A DNA stretch of 64,000 nt, taken from positions 310,001 to 374,000 of the forward strand of contig CP120457.1 of assembly GCA_034226945.1 (NCBI GenBank), read 5' to 3'. The stretch comes from Picochlorum sp. SENEW3. Its lineage: Eukaryota. Positions 10,677 through 21,668 of the stretch are shown piece by piece. The notes under the pieces are model-generated. The model did no database searches. It was given only the letters and a program-made list of their open reading frames with translations, and was not told the DNA's origin. The translations under genes and the position numbers were made by a program. The first letter of the stretch is position 1. Each line of letters opens with the position of its first letter.

Positions 10677-12938
10677 TTAAAAATCATTCTCACCCGACAT
10701 GATACCATCCCAAAGTGCCTTGACGACTGGAATAATCATGGCCAGGGCGAGCTGTGGATAATCATGAGAGTTGATGCGGGTAGCGATGGTTCCGTTGCCC
10801 TTATTGTTGTAGCTACTATTCGCCGAGACGATTGTATCGCTCTTTCCTCCTCTTCCAGAGAGTTTTGGAAGTCTGAACTCTGTAGCAATGTTGCCGCCAA
10901 TGGTTGTGTCTCGCTTTTGGAACACCGCAGACCCACCAATGAGGAGGCGGGTGCTTGGGTCACCATCAGGGCGCAAGCGCAAGTCTGCTGCAGCGGCTGT
11001 GCCATGATCCATCATACCCGCAGCTTTGCAATACACTCTTCCAATCGAGGTTCTCAATTTGGCATTTGGGGTGATTTTGATACGGTCATCTATCTTCATC
11101 CCGTATGCTATTGTGCTATTCTTGAATGGATGAGAGTAATCCTCTCCCAGCTTGCTCACAATCATTCCGGCAGTGAGTTTGTTTCTTTTACCCGTCTTCA
11201 ATCTCGTTTCGGCTCTGCTGGTATACAGCACATCCCTGCCAATTGTCTGACCATTGACCTCCATGGTACTTGCCCACCCAGATGTGTGGAAGTACGACCC
11301 TTCTACCTGGGACTGGCACGCAAACTGGTCCTTATCTTTAGTCAACTGACAATATGCCAAGCATGGGACACCCCCAAGGTATTGACCACGTGGTCTCAAA
11401 ACTCCCTGCTTTTCAATGTGAATGGTATCCACGCCATCCTGATGATCAATCCCTCCTTCCCCAACAATAGGCCTCACAAGCACTGATGTCGGGTCTTCCA
11501 ACACATTAAAGTGATGGGAAGATACATCAGAATCAAATGTTGGACCAAGCTGTGGCGGTGGAGCCAAAATTGGCACTGCAGCTTCCCCTGATCGTGCCTC
11601 CTCTGCCTTTTGCTTGAGGAAAATCCTCTTTTTCCTCAATGCAGCAGCTTTCTCATCGCCACTCATACGATTGATTTCATCCTGCATTGGGATCTCACGC
11701 TCATCCTCTGGTGCCTTGCGAGGCCCCCGGAAATCCACGAGACGGGACAAGAGCCATCCAATCGGTGGCATTTTCATCCCAGCATAGGGATTCATCATCG
11801 CCTTTTTCTTCTTCTTTCCGACATCTCCAGGCTTGAGAGCTGTATTTGCCTCATTTAACACCATTGTTGTCAAACACAGCATCAACAACTGACGCCTCCA
11901 TGGTGTCCCATTAGGAAGGACAGGTTCCCCATCTTCAGTCTTTGGGCAGTTTGGTGAGTTTTCTACAGGGCAAGATGGATTGATCAGGCGCTGATCACCA
12001 GTCACAAGTCGAATTACCTGCTGCACTTGATTGCTTCTCTGCGTCTCATACGATTCTTGAGGAATTGGCTGCCCATTTGCACCATCAGGTGGTGGAGACC
12101 CTCCATGCGTTAATGTCAACATTGTCGAAAACCAAATATCAGGACCAAACACGTCAGAAATAGACCGCATCACAGCCACATCAGCTTGATCTCGGCGAGT
12201 CACATCCATACGATCCATGTACAGCACAGCATGAGGCTTGTGCTTCTGGAATGCCCTCTTGGCCGCATGCAAAATCTTCAAGTTATCTGCCTGACAAGAA
12301 GGTCCAGGATTCAACCCTGGGGTGTCGATAAAAGTCACTCCAATACCATTCACCTCTCCTCTCAAAATTTGAACGCTGTCAGTTGGGTGATACCCAGATA
12401 AAGGCTCGATACCCAACAAGTTATGGAGAGTCGCCGTCTTTCCCACACCAGCCATACCAAGCACCAACACCTTGCACGAAAAATCCAAAGGCTCCCCCAA
12501 AACTTCCAATCTCTCAGCTTCAGCCTGCGCCCTTCCCTCCACATCGCCTTGCTGCTGCTGAGACTCCAGATGAATCTTCTCTGCCATCCCCAGTCTGAAC
12601 ATGACCTGTTGAATCATGGTACTCCTGGTCGGATACCGCAACCTCAACGCGGCCCTATAAATATCCGTCCTGAAACCTTGCACCTGTTTCCTAATCTTGG
12701 CCACCTTGGGAGACTCCTCCACCGCTCCCTCTTGCTGCTGCTGAGTGTTCTGTGGAACAGCTGCAGTCACAGCCGCATTCCTCGTCTGCGATGCAGGCCT
12801 TGGCCTGGGTGGAAGCTTTGGAAGACCACTACCAGTGGTATTTCTCGCATCCTCAGGGGCATCGTTCACATTCCCCTCGGGAGCATCCCCATACTCGTAA
12901 TCGTCCTCCGTGCGGACTCCTTCTTCGTCACCAGACAT
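10677..12938 (-). CDS. TOC159: Chloroplast outer-envelope import receptor GTPase, Toc159/Toc90/Toc120 family
   Basis: Short acidic N-terminus, G domain (VLGMAGVGKT, IDTPG, YMDRMD, LTHG), PVENSPNC...VLPNG, PTFDSD, DHQDGVD and an M-domain. First ATG at 12938. Confidence 0.9.
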   Translation of the reverse strand: MSGDEEGVRTEDDYEYGDAPEGNVNDAPEDARNTTGSGLPKLPPRPRPASQTRNAAVTAAVPQNTQQQQEGAVEESPKVAKIRKQVQGFRTDIYRAALRLRYPTRSTMIQQVMFRLGMAEKIHLESQQQQGDVEGRAQAEAERLEVLGEPLDFSCKVLVLGMAGVGKTATLHNLLGIEPLSGYHPTDSVQILRGEVNGIGVTFIDTPGLNPGPSCQADNLKILHAAKRAFQKHKPHAVLYMDRMDVTRRDQADVAVMRSISDVFGPDIWFSTMLTLTHGGSPPPDGANGQPIPQESYETQRSNQVQQVIRLVTGDQRLINPSCPVENSPNCPKTEDGEPVLPNGTPWRRQLLMLCLTTMVLNEANTALKPGDVGKKKKKAMMNPYAGMKMPPIGWLLSRLVDFRGPRKAPEDEREIPMQDEINRMSGDEKAAALRKKRIFLKQKAEEARSGEAAVPILAPPPQLGPTFDSDVSSHHFNVLEDPTSVLVRPIVGEGGIDHQDGVDTIHIEKQGVLRPRGQYLGGVPCLAYCQLTKDKDQFACQSQVEGSYFHTSGWASTMEVNGQTIGRDVLYTSRAETRLKTGKRNKLTAGMIVSKLGEDYSHPFKNSTIAYGMKIDDRIKITPNAKLRTSIGRVYCKAAGMMDHGTAAAADLRLRPDGDPSTRLLIGGSAVFQKRDTTIGGNIATEFRLPKLSGRGGKSDTIVSANSSYNNKGNGTIATRINSHDYPQLALAMIIPVVKALWDGIMSGENDF

Positions 12939-13936
12939 CGGATCAGACAGATACACCTCACTACAGCATATAATATCGTTATAATCATATTCATCCAGTC
13001 AAATCAGCATCGCATACTGCAGTGGCGATTTTCACTGGCAGCAGCCAGTGTCGTCGTCTTCATCACTGAATATCCACGTACCTACTGCTATTACTCAATG
13101 AATCACTCATGTAAATACACTAGAATATTGAATCAGTTTTGGTATGGACAGGGCAGCGCATTGTCGCTGGTTTGGAGGCGATTGCCGATACGGAGAGGGA
13201 TTGCCCAGCAGACTGGGATCTCCTCTTGAGGGATCTCTTAAAAGAAGAGAAAAGACAGGCTGGTCCCTGATGATGCATCGTCACGGTGATGATGATCAAT
13301 TCGCGAAGTTTTTTCTTCCTTTGAAAGACGATGCTCATACTTTGTGTGTATATATGATGATCGTACGATACATGGGGCATCGTGGGATCTGTCTGATATT
13401 ATTATTGCTACATGTTGGATTGAGTCTAGAGGGTCTCAATCTGACTGTATGCAGTGACGTTGGGATTATGACGCACCTGGAATGCATACGTGATCGTGCC
13501 GTAGGATGTTTCATTCACATCTCGACAATGACTTGCTGTTTTTGATGGCTCAGAGAATCGCTCAGGTGTGAATCCTGTGTGGAGTCACTTAGTGCAATGT
13601 ACTACATATCCGTGCGAACACTCGACTCGTGATTGCCGCCTTTTCCTCGATGAATTCGATTTCAATAGATGATGGAGAATTCGAGGAATATTTGCCTCAA
13701 ATGGCCGCAACTGTGGTGGCTTTATGCGCATGCAGATTTGAACGCACATCACAATACGTTACAGGCAAAAGCGTGTAACGTAATCGCAAGGAGCTGCTCT
13801 GCAGCGTGATAAAGACGCATACACGAGATGGAAAGCTGAGTTTGCATCCTCTCTCGATCAAAAATATAAGAGACAAGGATATATATTCACTGTAGTGACG
13901 TGTGCTGTCCATTAATACAATATTTATTGTACATGT

Positions 13937-15290
13937 ATGCGCGCGTCTACTCACAGAATACTAAGGAGGCCAAGGCTTCTACATGTCATTATTCTCTTTG
14001 CGGTCTTGGCACAGCATGCTGCAGGAAAATCTAATCATAATACGGCCACAACACATACTTCGGATGTCTTCATTAAAGGACGAGAGTCAACCTTGGGGGG
14101 AATGTGCGTGGAGAGCACCATGTCTGACCAAGACACTCTTCGGACACTTCGAAGACAGTCTGTCAAATTCAACCAGAAGAAGAGGTAGGGGGTGAAAACA
14201 TAGCATGACTTTACTTGTTGATTTGATTTGAGTTCTGATTCCTGATAGAGATCAGATACGTGCTACTCATTATTTATGGTTGATTCATCATTCATGTGTT
14301 GTCATGGTGCAGCATGTACCGAGATGGGGACATCATTGCAGTGTACACCCTGGACAGGCCTGGGCATGGCAGTCTTGCTGGGTGTGCGGATGCGTGCCTT
14401 TTGAACTGGAGACTGACAGACGACGAGACCCAAACACTGGACACAGACTGCTCAGCAGATGGAAACAGCCATTGTCCCATGACGACAGGGTTGATTGTTG
14501 CTGACAGAAAATGCGAGGCCTTCATGTTCAATCGGCTGACTGGTGTGTGTACTTTGCTTTCTGGGGAGGGATCGATGCGGCTTACTGGTAGCAGCAACTT
14601 TTGGTCTGGCAAGCTGATTTGCGACGACATGGGCAGTGTGGACGACTGGGCACAAGGGGTGGTTGGTAGGCGCAGCCCTCCTCCTCCTCCACCACCAAGT
14701 CCACCACCTCCTCCACCACCACCGCCACCAAGTCCACTCCTGACAACATCTGGCTCGTTGAGAGGAGATGCAACATATGTGAGTGAGAATACTGTGCAAT
14801 TGACAAGAGATGTTACATTGCTACAAGGATTAGTATATTGGGAGGGTGTTTTGGGCTACTCTTGGGAGGCATCGTTTGAGTTCAAGGCAGGACCCAAGAC
14901 AACAGACGGGGCTGACGCAGTATGGTTCTTTGCATACCGAGAGACGAATAATTTGCACGATGAAGGCCATGCTACCACGGGATATAATTTCGTTGCCGAT
15001 GAATATCAAAATGAGTACCAATTATTTGCTCCAGGGTTGTCAACTGTTGTCCCACCTCCTAATGGAATAAAACTGGGCGATGATACATGGAGAACTATGG
15101 AAATAACCTTTTCAAGCGATGGCACTACTGATACGATCACCATGACTGTTGACGGGTCTCAGGTTATCACTCAATTACATGATGCAGATATTCCTTTAAA
15201 GTATCTACAGCCAACTTACTATGGTTTGGGAGGACAGGTGGACTGTCAAACAATCATTACGCCAGAAACTTCCAGATAGTCAGAACATGA
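13937..15290 (+). CDS. Secreted PAN/Apple + Pro-rich linker + L-type lectin-like protein, copy 1. Intron 14185-14312. Apparent 4-nt frameshift near 15232
   Basis: Signal-like N-terminus, intron AG|GTAGGG...TGCAG|C, Cys pattern C..AC...CEAFMFN...CTL, SPPPP tract, and lectin-like motifs QLT/GADA/WRTMEI. Relative to copy 2 the homologous frame ends at TGA 15288-15290. Confidence 0.7.
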
Positions 15291-17076
15291 CCTTGCCTTG
15301 TCCAGTCTTTTCTATCAATAAATCGACATTTGAGTATGCAAATTAAAGACACGTGAGTCAGAACAGAGAATAGTGGCCATCAGAGCGATAGGTATATCAT
15401 ATTGAAGCTTTTGTTTGCATCATATGATGAGACATGCATGTCTTGTCAACACCATTGATTGCTCGCTGAAGCGTATTGTCATCTCTCACACCATTTCTAT
15501 GCAGCGACCGCTACAAGTAACAACTATTTGCACTCCTGAAGATCCTTATTCATATGTATGCTCTTTTCATGGAGATTGAGGAGATCTCTCGACCAAGATG
15601 TGCTCTAGAGGAAGCTCCTGCATAAGAGTTTTCCTTCAGACTCACTCTGATTGCTCTCATCCGTAGATTGATAGGTTTAAAATGGGTTTCTCTATGCCTT
15701 GAATAAACTACTAGACTATATATTTGAGCCTTTTGTCTGCACATTTTTCCTCATAGACGAGAATGAAGAGTCACAGGGAGTAGGCTGGGTACTGCTCTGG
15801 CGTTGTGTTCACCGCCCGCCCGTGGGCAGGATTCTGCGATGGATAAATCGGGTTGAATCTTGAAGCTGAAATTCCTGGCAAACGCCGAAAATGACAATCG
15901 CCTGTGTACGGCATGGTTGATACGCCGTATGTTCAAGGAGTGACCTACTACACAAGACGATATGCCCTCTTTAGCTATGTCTTATAACTGCCGCCCGTAT
16001 CCGTATGTATACTCCAGTAGCCATTTGGCGGAGAGTTGTCATTTTTTGTACACACTTGGCGAGTTTGAGACGCGATTTCTCCCCAGGCGGGATGAGCACA
16101 AGTCCCCACTGTGGCGCGTGCATAATACAATTTGTTGGCGTAACGTAATCACAAGCAATGTCTCGAGTAGGGCATGGTACTCGATTGAATCTTGCAATAT
16201 GAGTTTGCGCCATATCTCATTATCTCAATGGAATATAAACCTCCCGAAATCTTGAAAGAGTACTATACTAATAATAATACCAATAATAATAGGTTGCTCT
16301 CGTTGTGACTTGTATGCGCGTCACTACTCTGAGGAGGACGATATGGAGGCCAAGACCTCAGCATTTGTTTGTTCCCGTTCTCTTCACGTTCTTGGCACAG
16401 CATGCTGCAGGAAAATCTAATCATAATACGGCCACAACACATACTTCGGATGTCTTCATTAAAGGACGAGAGTCAACCTTGGGGGGATCGTGCGTGGAGA
16501 GCACCATGTCTGACCAAGACACTCTTCGGACACTTCGAAGACAGTCTGTCAAATTCAACCAGAAGAAGAGGTAGGGGATGAAAACATAGCATGACTTTAC
16601 TTGTTGACTTGATTTGAGTTCTGATTCCTGATAGACATCAGATACGTGCTACTCATTATTTATGGTTGATTCATCATTCATGTGTTGTCATGGTGCAGCA
16701 TGTACCGAGATGGGGACATCATTGCAGTGTACACCCTGGACAGGCCTGGGCATGGCAGTCTTGCTGGGTGTGCGGATGCGTGCCTTTTGAACTGGAGACT
16801 GACAGACGACGAGACCCAAGCACTGGACACAGACTGCTCAGCAGATGGAAACAGTCATTGTCCCATGACGACAGGGTTGATTGTTGCCGATAGAAAATGC
16901 GAGGCCTTCATGTTCAATCGCCTGACTGGTGTGTGTACTTTGCTGTCAGGGGAGGGATCGATGCGGCTTACTGGTAGCAGCAACTTTTGGTCTGGCAAGC
17001 TGATTTGCGACGACATGGGCAGTGTGGACGACTGGGCACAAGGGGTGGTTAGTAGGCGCAGCCCTCCTCCTCCTCC
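14004..17076 (+). repeat. Direct repeat of about 690 bp (14004-~14690 vs 16390-~17076), including the intron; part of the tandem gene duplication
   Basis: Near-identical sequence at constant offset 2386 with only scattered substitutions. Confidence 0.95.
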
Positions 17077-17671
17077 ACCACCGCCACCAAGTCCTCTATT
17101 GACAACGTCTGGGACGTTGTACAAGAATGCCACGTATATTGATGATAATACAGTGCAGTTGACCCAAGATGTTAAGGCAGTGCAAGGTTTAGTGTACTGG
17201 GAGGGTGTTTTGGGCTACTCTTGGGAGGCATCGTTTCAGTTCAAGGCAAATGGATCTCAATTTTACAACGGGGCTGATGCATTATGGTTTTTCGCGTACC
17301 GAGAAACAATAGAGGGTACACCACTTGAAGTGTCTGCCAACACAGGCTACAACTTTGCTGCCATTGAATTTGGCACCGATAGGTACCAATTATTTGCTCG
17401 CGACCTTCCTACGACGAGAACCGATGCGGGAGTCAAACTGGATAATGATACATGGAGGACCATGGAAATAACCTTTTCAAGCGATGGCACTACTGATACG
17501 ATCACCATGACTGTTGACGGGTCTCAGGTAATCACTCAATCACATGTGGCAAACCCTGCTTTGAAGTATCTACAGCCAACCTACTATGGTTTGGGAGGAC
17601 GAACAGGTGGAGTTTCAAACAATCATTACGTCAGAAACTTTGACATATCCAGGACATCTGACCCTGCCTAG
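16314..17671 (+). CDS. Secreted PAN/Apple + Pro-rich linker + L-type lectin-like protein, copy 2 (intact). Intron 16571-16698
   Basis: Same architecture as copy 1 at offset 2386. Complete lectin-like C-terminus YYGLGGRTGGVSNNHYVRNFDI. Confidence 0.75.
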
Positions 17672-18257
17672 CCTGGCGAATAAACTGATGGCATGACCAA
17701 GTATTGATACTGAATTTTGCATCCTGCAGTCGGTATCCCCGATGCTAATTCCACTAGTGGATCCACTTCCAGGGCTCCGGAGCCATGATAAATCAGTGTG
17801 GGTTACCTATATATGCTGCATACATGAATCATGTATCATGATGATGCAGCATGTGTGCCATCTAGACAGATCTCAGATCCGATCTGACAGATCTTTGTCA
17901 CAATAAAAATGTCTGTGTGCTCATCACCACTCTGCATTTATTTTTGATAAATTAAAATAATTAATACTGAGACATATCATACGTCCAAGGTATGAATGGT
18001 ATACGGTGGATGTATCGAACGAGTGATGATGGTGATGAAATGCACGACTGTTTTGTATGACTTGTCACAATGATTACCCGACTATTTCCGATTGCATGCA
18101 TATGTCATTACTTATTAGCTTCAACTTATTAACTTGTGTAGTTACAATCATTTGTTTCTTTGAAGCATCGCAACGGTCGGAAATTACCTTTTTCTTTTGG
18201 GTTCCTGCCTCGTGTTTTTCAAAACATTTGTCTCTCTCGAGGAATACAACGTGGATT

Positions 18258-19886
18258 ATGTTGATGTCTAGAACTCTCTTTGGTGTTATTTTGTTGCTCG
18301 GCAGCATTAGCAGCAACCTTGTCGCAGGTGCTGCATCCCCTGAGCAAACGTATGTTCGTCCATTGAATGAGGATTGCGTGGCCAGGGAGCTGGGAAACTC
18401 CTTGGGTCCAGACGGATCCCTGTTCCCCACGCCTTTTGTGATGGATGGGGATGATTCGACACGAGATGGATTCAAGACAACTGTGAATACTGCTGTTGGG
18501 TTCACTGTGACGTACTACGATACCTACAAGGTTGTGGATAATACCATTTCTGGGCAGACATATGTCTTGTATGTGTGTGGGTCTGATAAACCTTCTGTGG
18601 GTGCACCTGGCGTGTCTGAGGATGCAAAGTTCTTTCAAATTCCTTTGACATCAGTCTCTGTCGCAGAAACTGTTCCATATGCGTTTTTGGAGGCGTTGGG
18701 GGTGGATGATAGAGTGCATGATGTGTCCCCATTTGTGACATCTGCCTGTGGACAGAAGCGTGTGAATGAGTGTGGGAAGAGTGCCCCGGCGTATGTTGAT
18801 TTTGCAAGTAATTCATTGGATCAAACAGTGGTGAAGAACGCAAAGGCGAATGTTGATTCGATCATCGTGTCTTCTGGAGAAGATGACAGTGTGTTCTTGT
18901 CGTTTGATGCCGAGGATGATCCTGGAGTGCTTAATAGGGCCGAGTGGATCAAATATCTGGGTCTTTTCTTTAATAAAGAAAAGTATGCAAGCGATATTTA
19001 TAATGGTATTGTGGAATCGTATGAGGAGACCAAAGCAAAGGCTGCTGCAGAAAAGGGAGAGTCCAAGCCTCGAATTGCATGGGTGTCTCACTTTGTCTAT
19101 GGTGATGATGAGCACTATGATGTTTCATTGGCAGCGTATAAAAAGCAATATATTGGTGATGCAAATGGACAGAATGTAGATATTGACGAGATATTGAAAG
19201 AGTATCCAGGGGCACGTGTGTCTGCCTTCTCACCAACAACGGTGGAGTTTGCATGGGATGGAAATGATTCTTTCGAGACCAAGGAGGAGGCACAGAAGGC
19301 GTTCGTTGAATTCATGTCTTCGTTGGATGGTGTTATTGATGAAACATTTGCGATGGATCCGATGGCGTATGGTGTGGAGGAATTCAAGAAAGAATTTGGG
19401 TTGACCAATGCAGATGCCAAGACATTGTCATGGTTGGAGCCTGGTTTGATCTTCAGACTGGATGGAGAATTGTCAGAGACAAAGGGACTTGATTGGTTTG
19501 AGACTGCATTTACCCGTCCAGATCTTGTGTTGAAGGATGTGGACAGAGTGGTTGATTCCTCAAGACAGGGAAGTGTGCGCGACTCGGACGACGTTGTATG
19601 GATGAGGAGTATTGCTGAGACGCCACGCATCAATACAGCGAACGACTGCACACGTGTTTCCGCGTGCGATGACAAGGCAACCACTATTTGTCCATTTGTT
19701 GCATCGTGTGAGGATGGAGGGACGCGTTTACTCAAGGAGGATTCCTTTGACAGTGGCGTCTGTGAGTACCAAACATGCATTCAACAGGTTGATGAGCCTG
19801 CAGATACTGCACAAATGGCTGCTCCAGCCGTCATCTTGCTCACACTTTTGATTGTCTTTGTGGAAGCATTGATCAATTTTTGCTAA
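18258..19886 (+). CDS. CBA1: CBA1-like cobalamin-acquisition protein (periplasmic-binding-protein fold) with signal peptide and C-terminal hydrophobic anchor
   Basis: Signal peptide from MLMSRTLFG. Motifs FTVTYYDTYKVVDN, YVLYVCG, FFQIPL, RAEWIKYLGLFFNKE and GLDWFETAFTRPDLVLKD match the CBA1/FecB-BtuF-like family. Hydrophobic tail AVILLTLLIVFVEALINFC. Confidence 0.7.
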   Translation: MLMSRTLFGVILLLGSISSNLVAGAASPEQTYVRPLNEDCVARELGNSLGPDGSLFPTPFVMDGDDSTRDGFKTTVNTAVGFTVTYYDTYKVVDNTISGQTYVLYVCGSDKPSVGAPGVSEDAKFFQIPLTSVSVAETVPYAFLEALGVDDRVHDVSPFVTSACGQKRVNECGKSAPAYVDFASNSLDQTVVKNAKANVDSIIVSSGEDDSVFLSFDAEDDPGVLNRAEWIKYLGLFFNKEKYASDIYNGIVESYEETKAKAAAEKGESKPRIAWVSHFVYGDDEHYDVSLAAYKKQYIGDANGQNVDIDEILKEYPGARVSAFSPTTVEFAWDGNDSFETKEEAQKAFVEFMSSLDGVIDETFAMDPMAYGVEEFKKEFGLTNADAKTLSWLEPGLIFRLDGELSETKGLDWFETAFTRPDLVLKDVDRVVDSSRQGSVRDSDDVVWMRSIAETPRINTANDCTRVSACDDKATTICPFVASCEDGGTRLLKEDSFDSGVCEYQTCIQQVDEPADTAQMAAPAVILLTLLIVFVEALINFC

Positions 19887-19980
19887 GTACCCATACCATC
19901 ATCATGAATAATAATCATACGACTAAATATACATTTGAGGGTAGAGAGAGTGTCTTACATTGTTGTTGATTGATGAACAA

Positions 19981-21447
19981 TCATGTAATATGATGTGACA
20001 TATCAAGGGCTTTTTCTTCAGCCCGTACAAGTTCTGTCATCTCCAACGCTGCAGGCTGATTCTTCTGCAACACTCTATACAGTAAAGAAATCTCTTCCGT
20101 CGTGATATTCTTTGTCTGGAAACACTCGCGCGCAAGCTCTTCAAACTTCTTCATTGACATTTGGCCCTTGTGTGCTTTGAACGTCTCTATAATCTGATCC
20201 AAATCATCCATGTGATAAAACAACAAATCCCGCAATGATCGCATATCAGATAAACGCGACGCGTACGTATTCGTCGGACTAAATCTAAAAAAGACGTACA
20301 AAAGGACAGCAGCCGCAGAGCCAAAACCCAAACTTGCAGTCATCATTGGCCATAACAATCCCTCATGATCCTCCAAACCAGAATGAAGATTCATCCCAAA
20401 ATACGCCGCGGGAAGAGTGCTTAAAAATCCACACAATGATGCGATAGACAACATGACGTTGAACCGCAATACTTTATTCCGTTGATGATCCAGCTGCATG
20501 TGCCACACCACCCGGTTTTGATCAAGATTCTCAGACAATTCTTTCAATGCACTCTGAATATTCAAAAACTTAAACTCATACGCTTCTAATATCGCCGATG
20601 CCATCTTCATATGCGGATCCCTCTTCACATGCATCATAGTCCCACTCTTTCTACGCTCCTCTGCAGAGGAGGAGGAGGCCTGCGCATGCTGCTGATCTAT
20701 AGAAATCACGCGACCATCCTCCACCCGTCCAGTTTGACTCCTCCCACGTGCCCTCAACATTGCATCCCTATCTGACACACATAACGCTTTCAACTGATCA
20801 TCATAATCCGCCACAGCAACAATCGCATCCAGCGTCTCTTGCACATCATTCTGCAACTCATTCAGCTTTGACGTAATTGGAATAAACCGAGACAATTCAG
20901 ACGCCGTCTCATGAAAATTCTGATTCACATCATCCATCACCGTATCCGACACCATCATAATCCGTCTATACTTTTTATCAAAATCCCTCGCCGTCTCTGC
21001 CAACAACGACTCCAACACCTTGAGTTCAAACGGCAGCAATGACTTCATACATATCGCCGTCTTTATCGTCTGAGACACGTGTATCGTCTCTTTCAACCCT
21101 CGACAAGGGAACAGCACCGCCTTATCACAATAAATCACGCTACGAACCGTCTCTGTCCTAACCAGAATAGCATCCCCTCTCGATGCAATCATAGCCCGTC
21201 TCCCCATGGTACTATCATTCGTAAACAAATGCACATCTCTCGGATGCAAGCGCAATATATCCGGCGTCTTGTACGTCTCAATCACAGATCCATCCTTTTG
21301 AAACTCAATCACCTCCCAGAAATTCCGAGACTCTGCCGCTGGCATGACAATATTCCCATCATCTTTGAGGTGTTTCACAACCCCCAATGCATACCATCGA
21401 CGATGATGAGAATACGCATGCTGACACACCCGCCTCAAGGACAACAT
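19981..21447 (-). CDS. MRS2: MRS2/CorA-family Mg2+ transporter, probably mitochondrial
   Basis: LHPRD, LPFELKVLE, LDHQRNKVL and the signature YFGMNL followed by a second TM helix. Arg-rich presequence. Confidence 0.9.
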   Translation of the reverse strand: MLSLRRVCQHAYSHHRRWYALGVVKHLKDDGNIVMPAAESRNFWEVIEFQKDGSVIETYKTPDILRLHPRDVHLFTNDSTMGRRAMIASRGDAILVRTETVRSVIYCDKAVLFPCRGLKETIHVSQTIKTAICMKSLLPFELKVLESLLAETARDFDKKYRRIMMVSDTVMDDVNQNFHETASELSRFIPITSKLNELQNDVQETLDAIVAVADYDDQLKALCVSDRDAMLRARGRSQTGRVEDGRVISIDQQHAQASSSSAEERRKSGTMMHVKRDPHMKMASAILEAYEFKFLNIQSALKELSENLDQNRVVWHMQLDHQRNKVLRFNVMLSIASLCGFLSTLPAAYFGMNLHSGLEDHEGLLWPMMTASLGFGSAAAVLLYVFFRFSPTNTYASRLSDMRSLRDLLFYHMDDLDQIIETFKAHKGQMSMKKFEELARECFQTKNITTEEISLLYRVLQKNQPAALEMTELVRAEEKALDMSHHIT

Positions 21448-21668
21448 GGATTCCTACGTATGTGCTTGGTCACTCATCCAACACCTATGCGTCATACTCG
21501 TTGAATTTTGTCTTCTTCTCACCAGCAAGTGAAATTTCAATGAATTCAACAAAACTGTCCTTCTCTCTCAATCCACACCATCATCCAGTTATGTGTCAAT
21601 ATACTTGTTACATGTATGACATACTTGGCTATATAATTATCATGCTATGGTACTAAAAAAAAAGCAGA

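Noticed and set aside
13120..13954. ORFs of 85-133 aa and TGATGA/CTGA boxes between Toc159 and lectin copy 1
   Set aside because: No recognisable protein motifs, and the box spacing and terminal stems do not support a snoRNA. Treated as divergent promoter/UTR sequence.
15550..16255. Short ORFs between the lectin paralogues as a transposon relic
   Set aside because: No RT, transposase or integrase motifs, and no terminal repeats seen.
17753..17764. ACTAGTGGATCC resembling a cloning-vector SpeI-BamHI polylinker
   Set aside because: Only 12 bp, and the flanks do not continue as vector sequence.
18057..18257. 67-codon N-terminal extension of the CBA1-like ORF
   Set aside because: AT/T-rich UTR-like sequence. 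The signal peptide begins at ATG 18258 or 18264.
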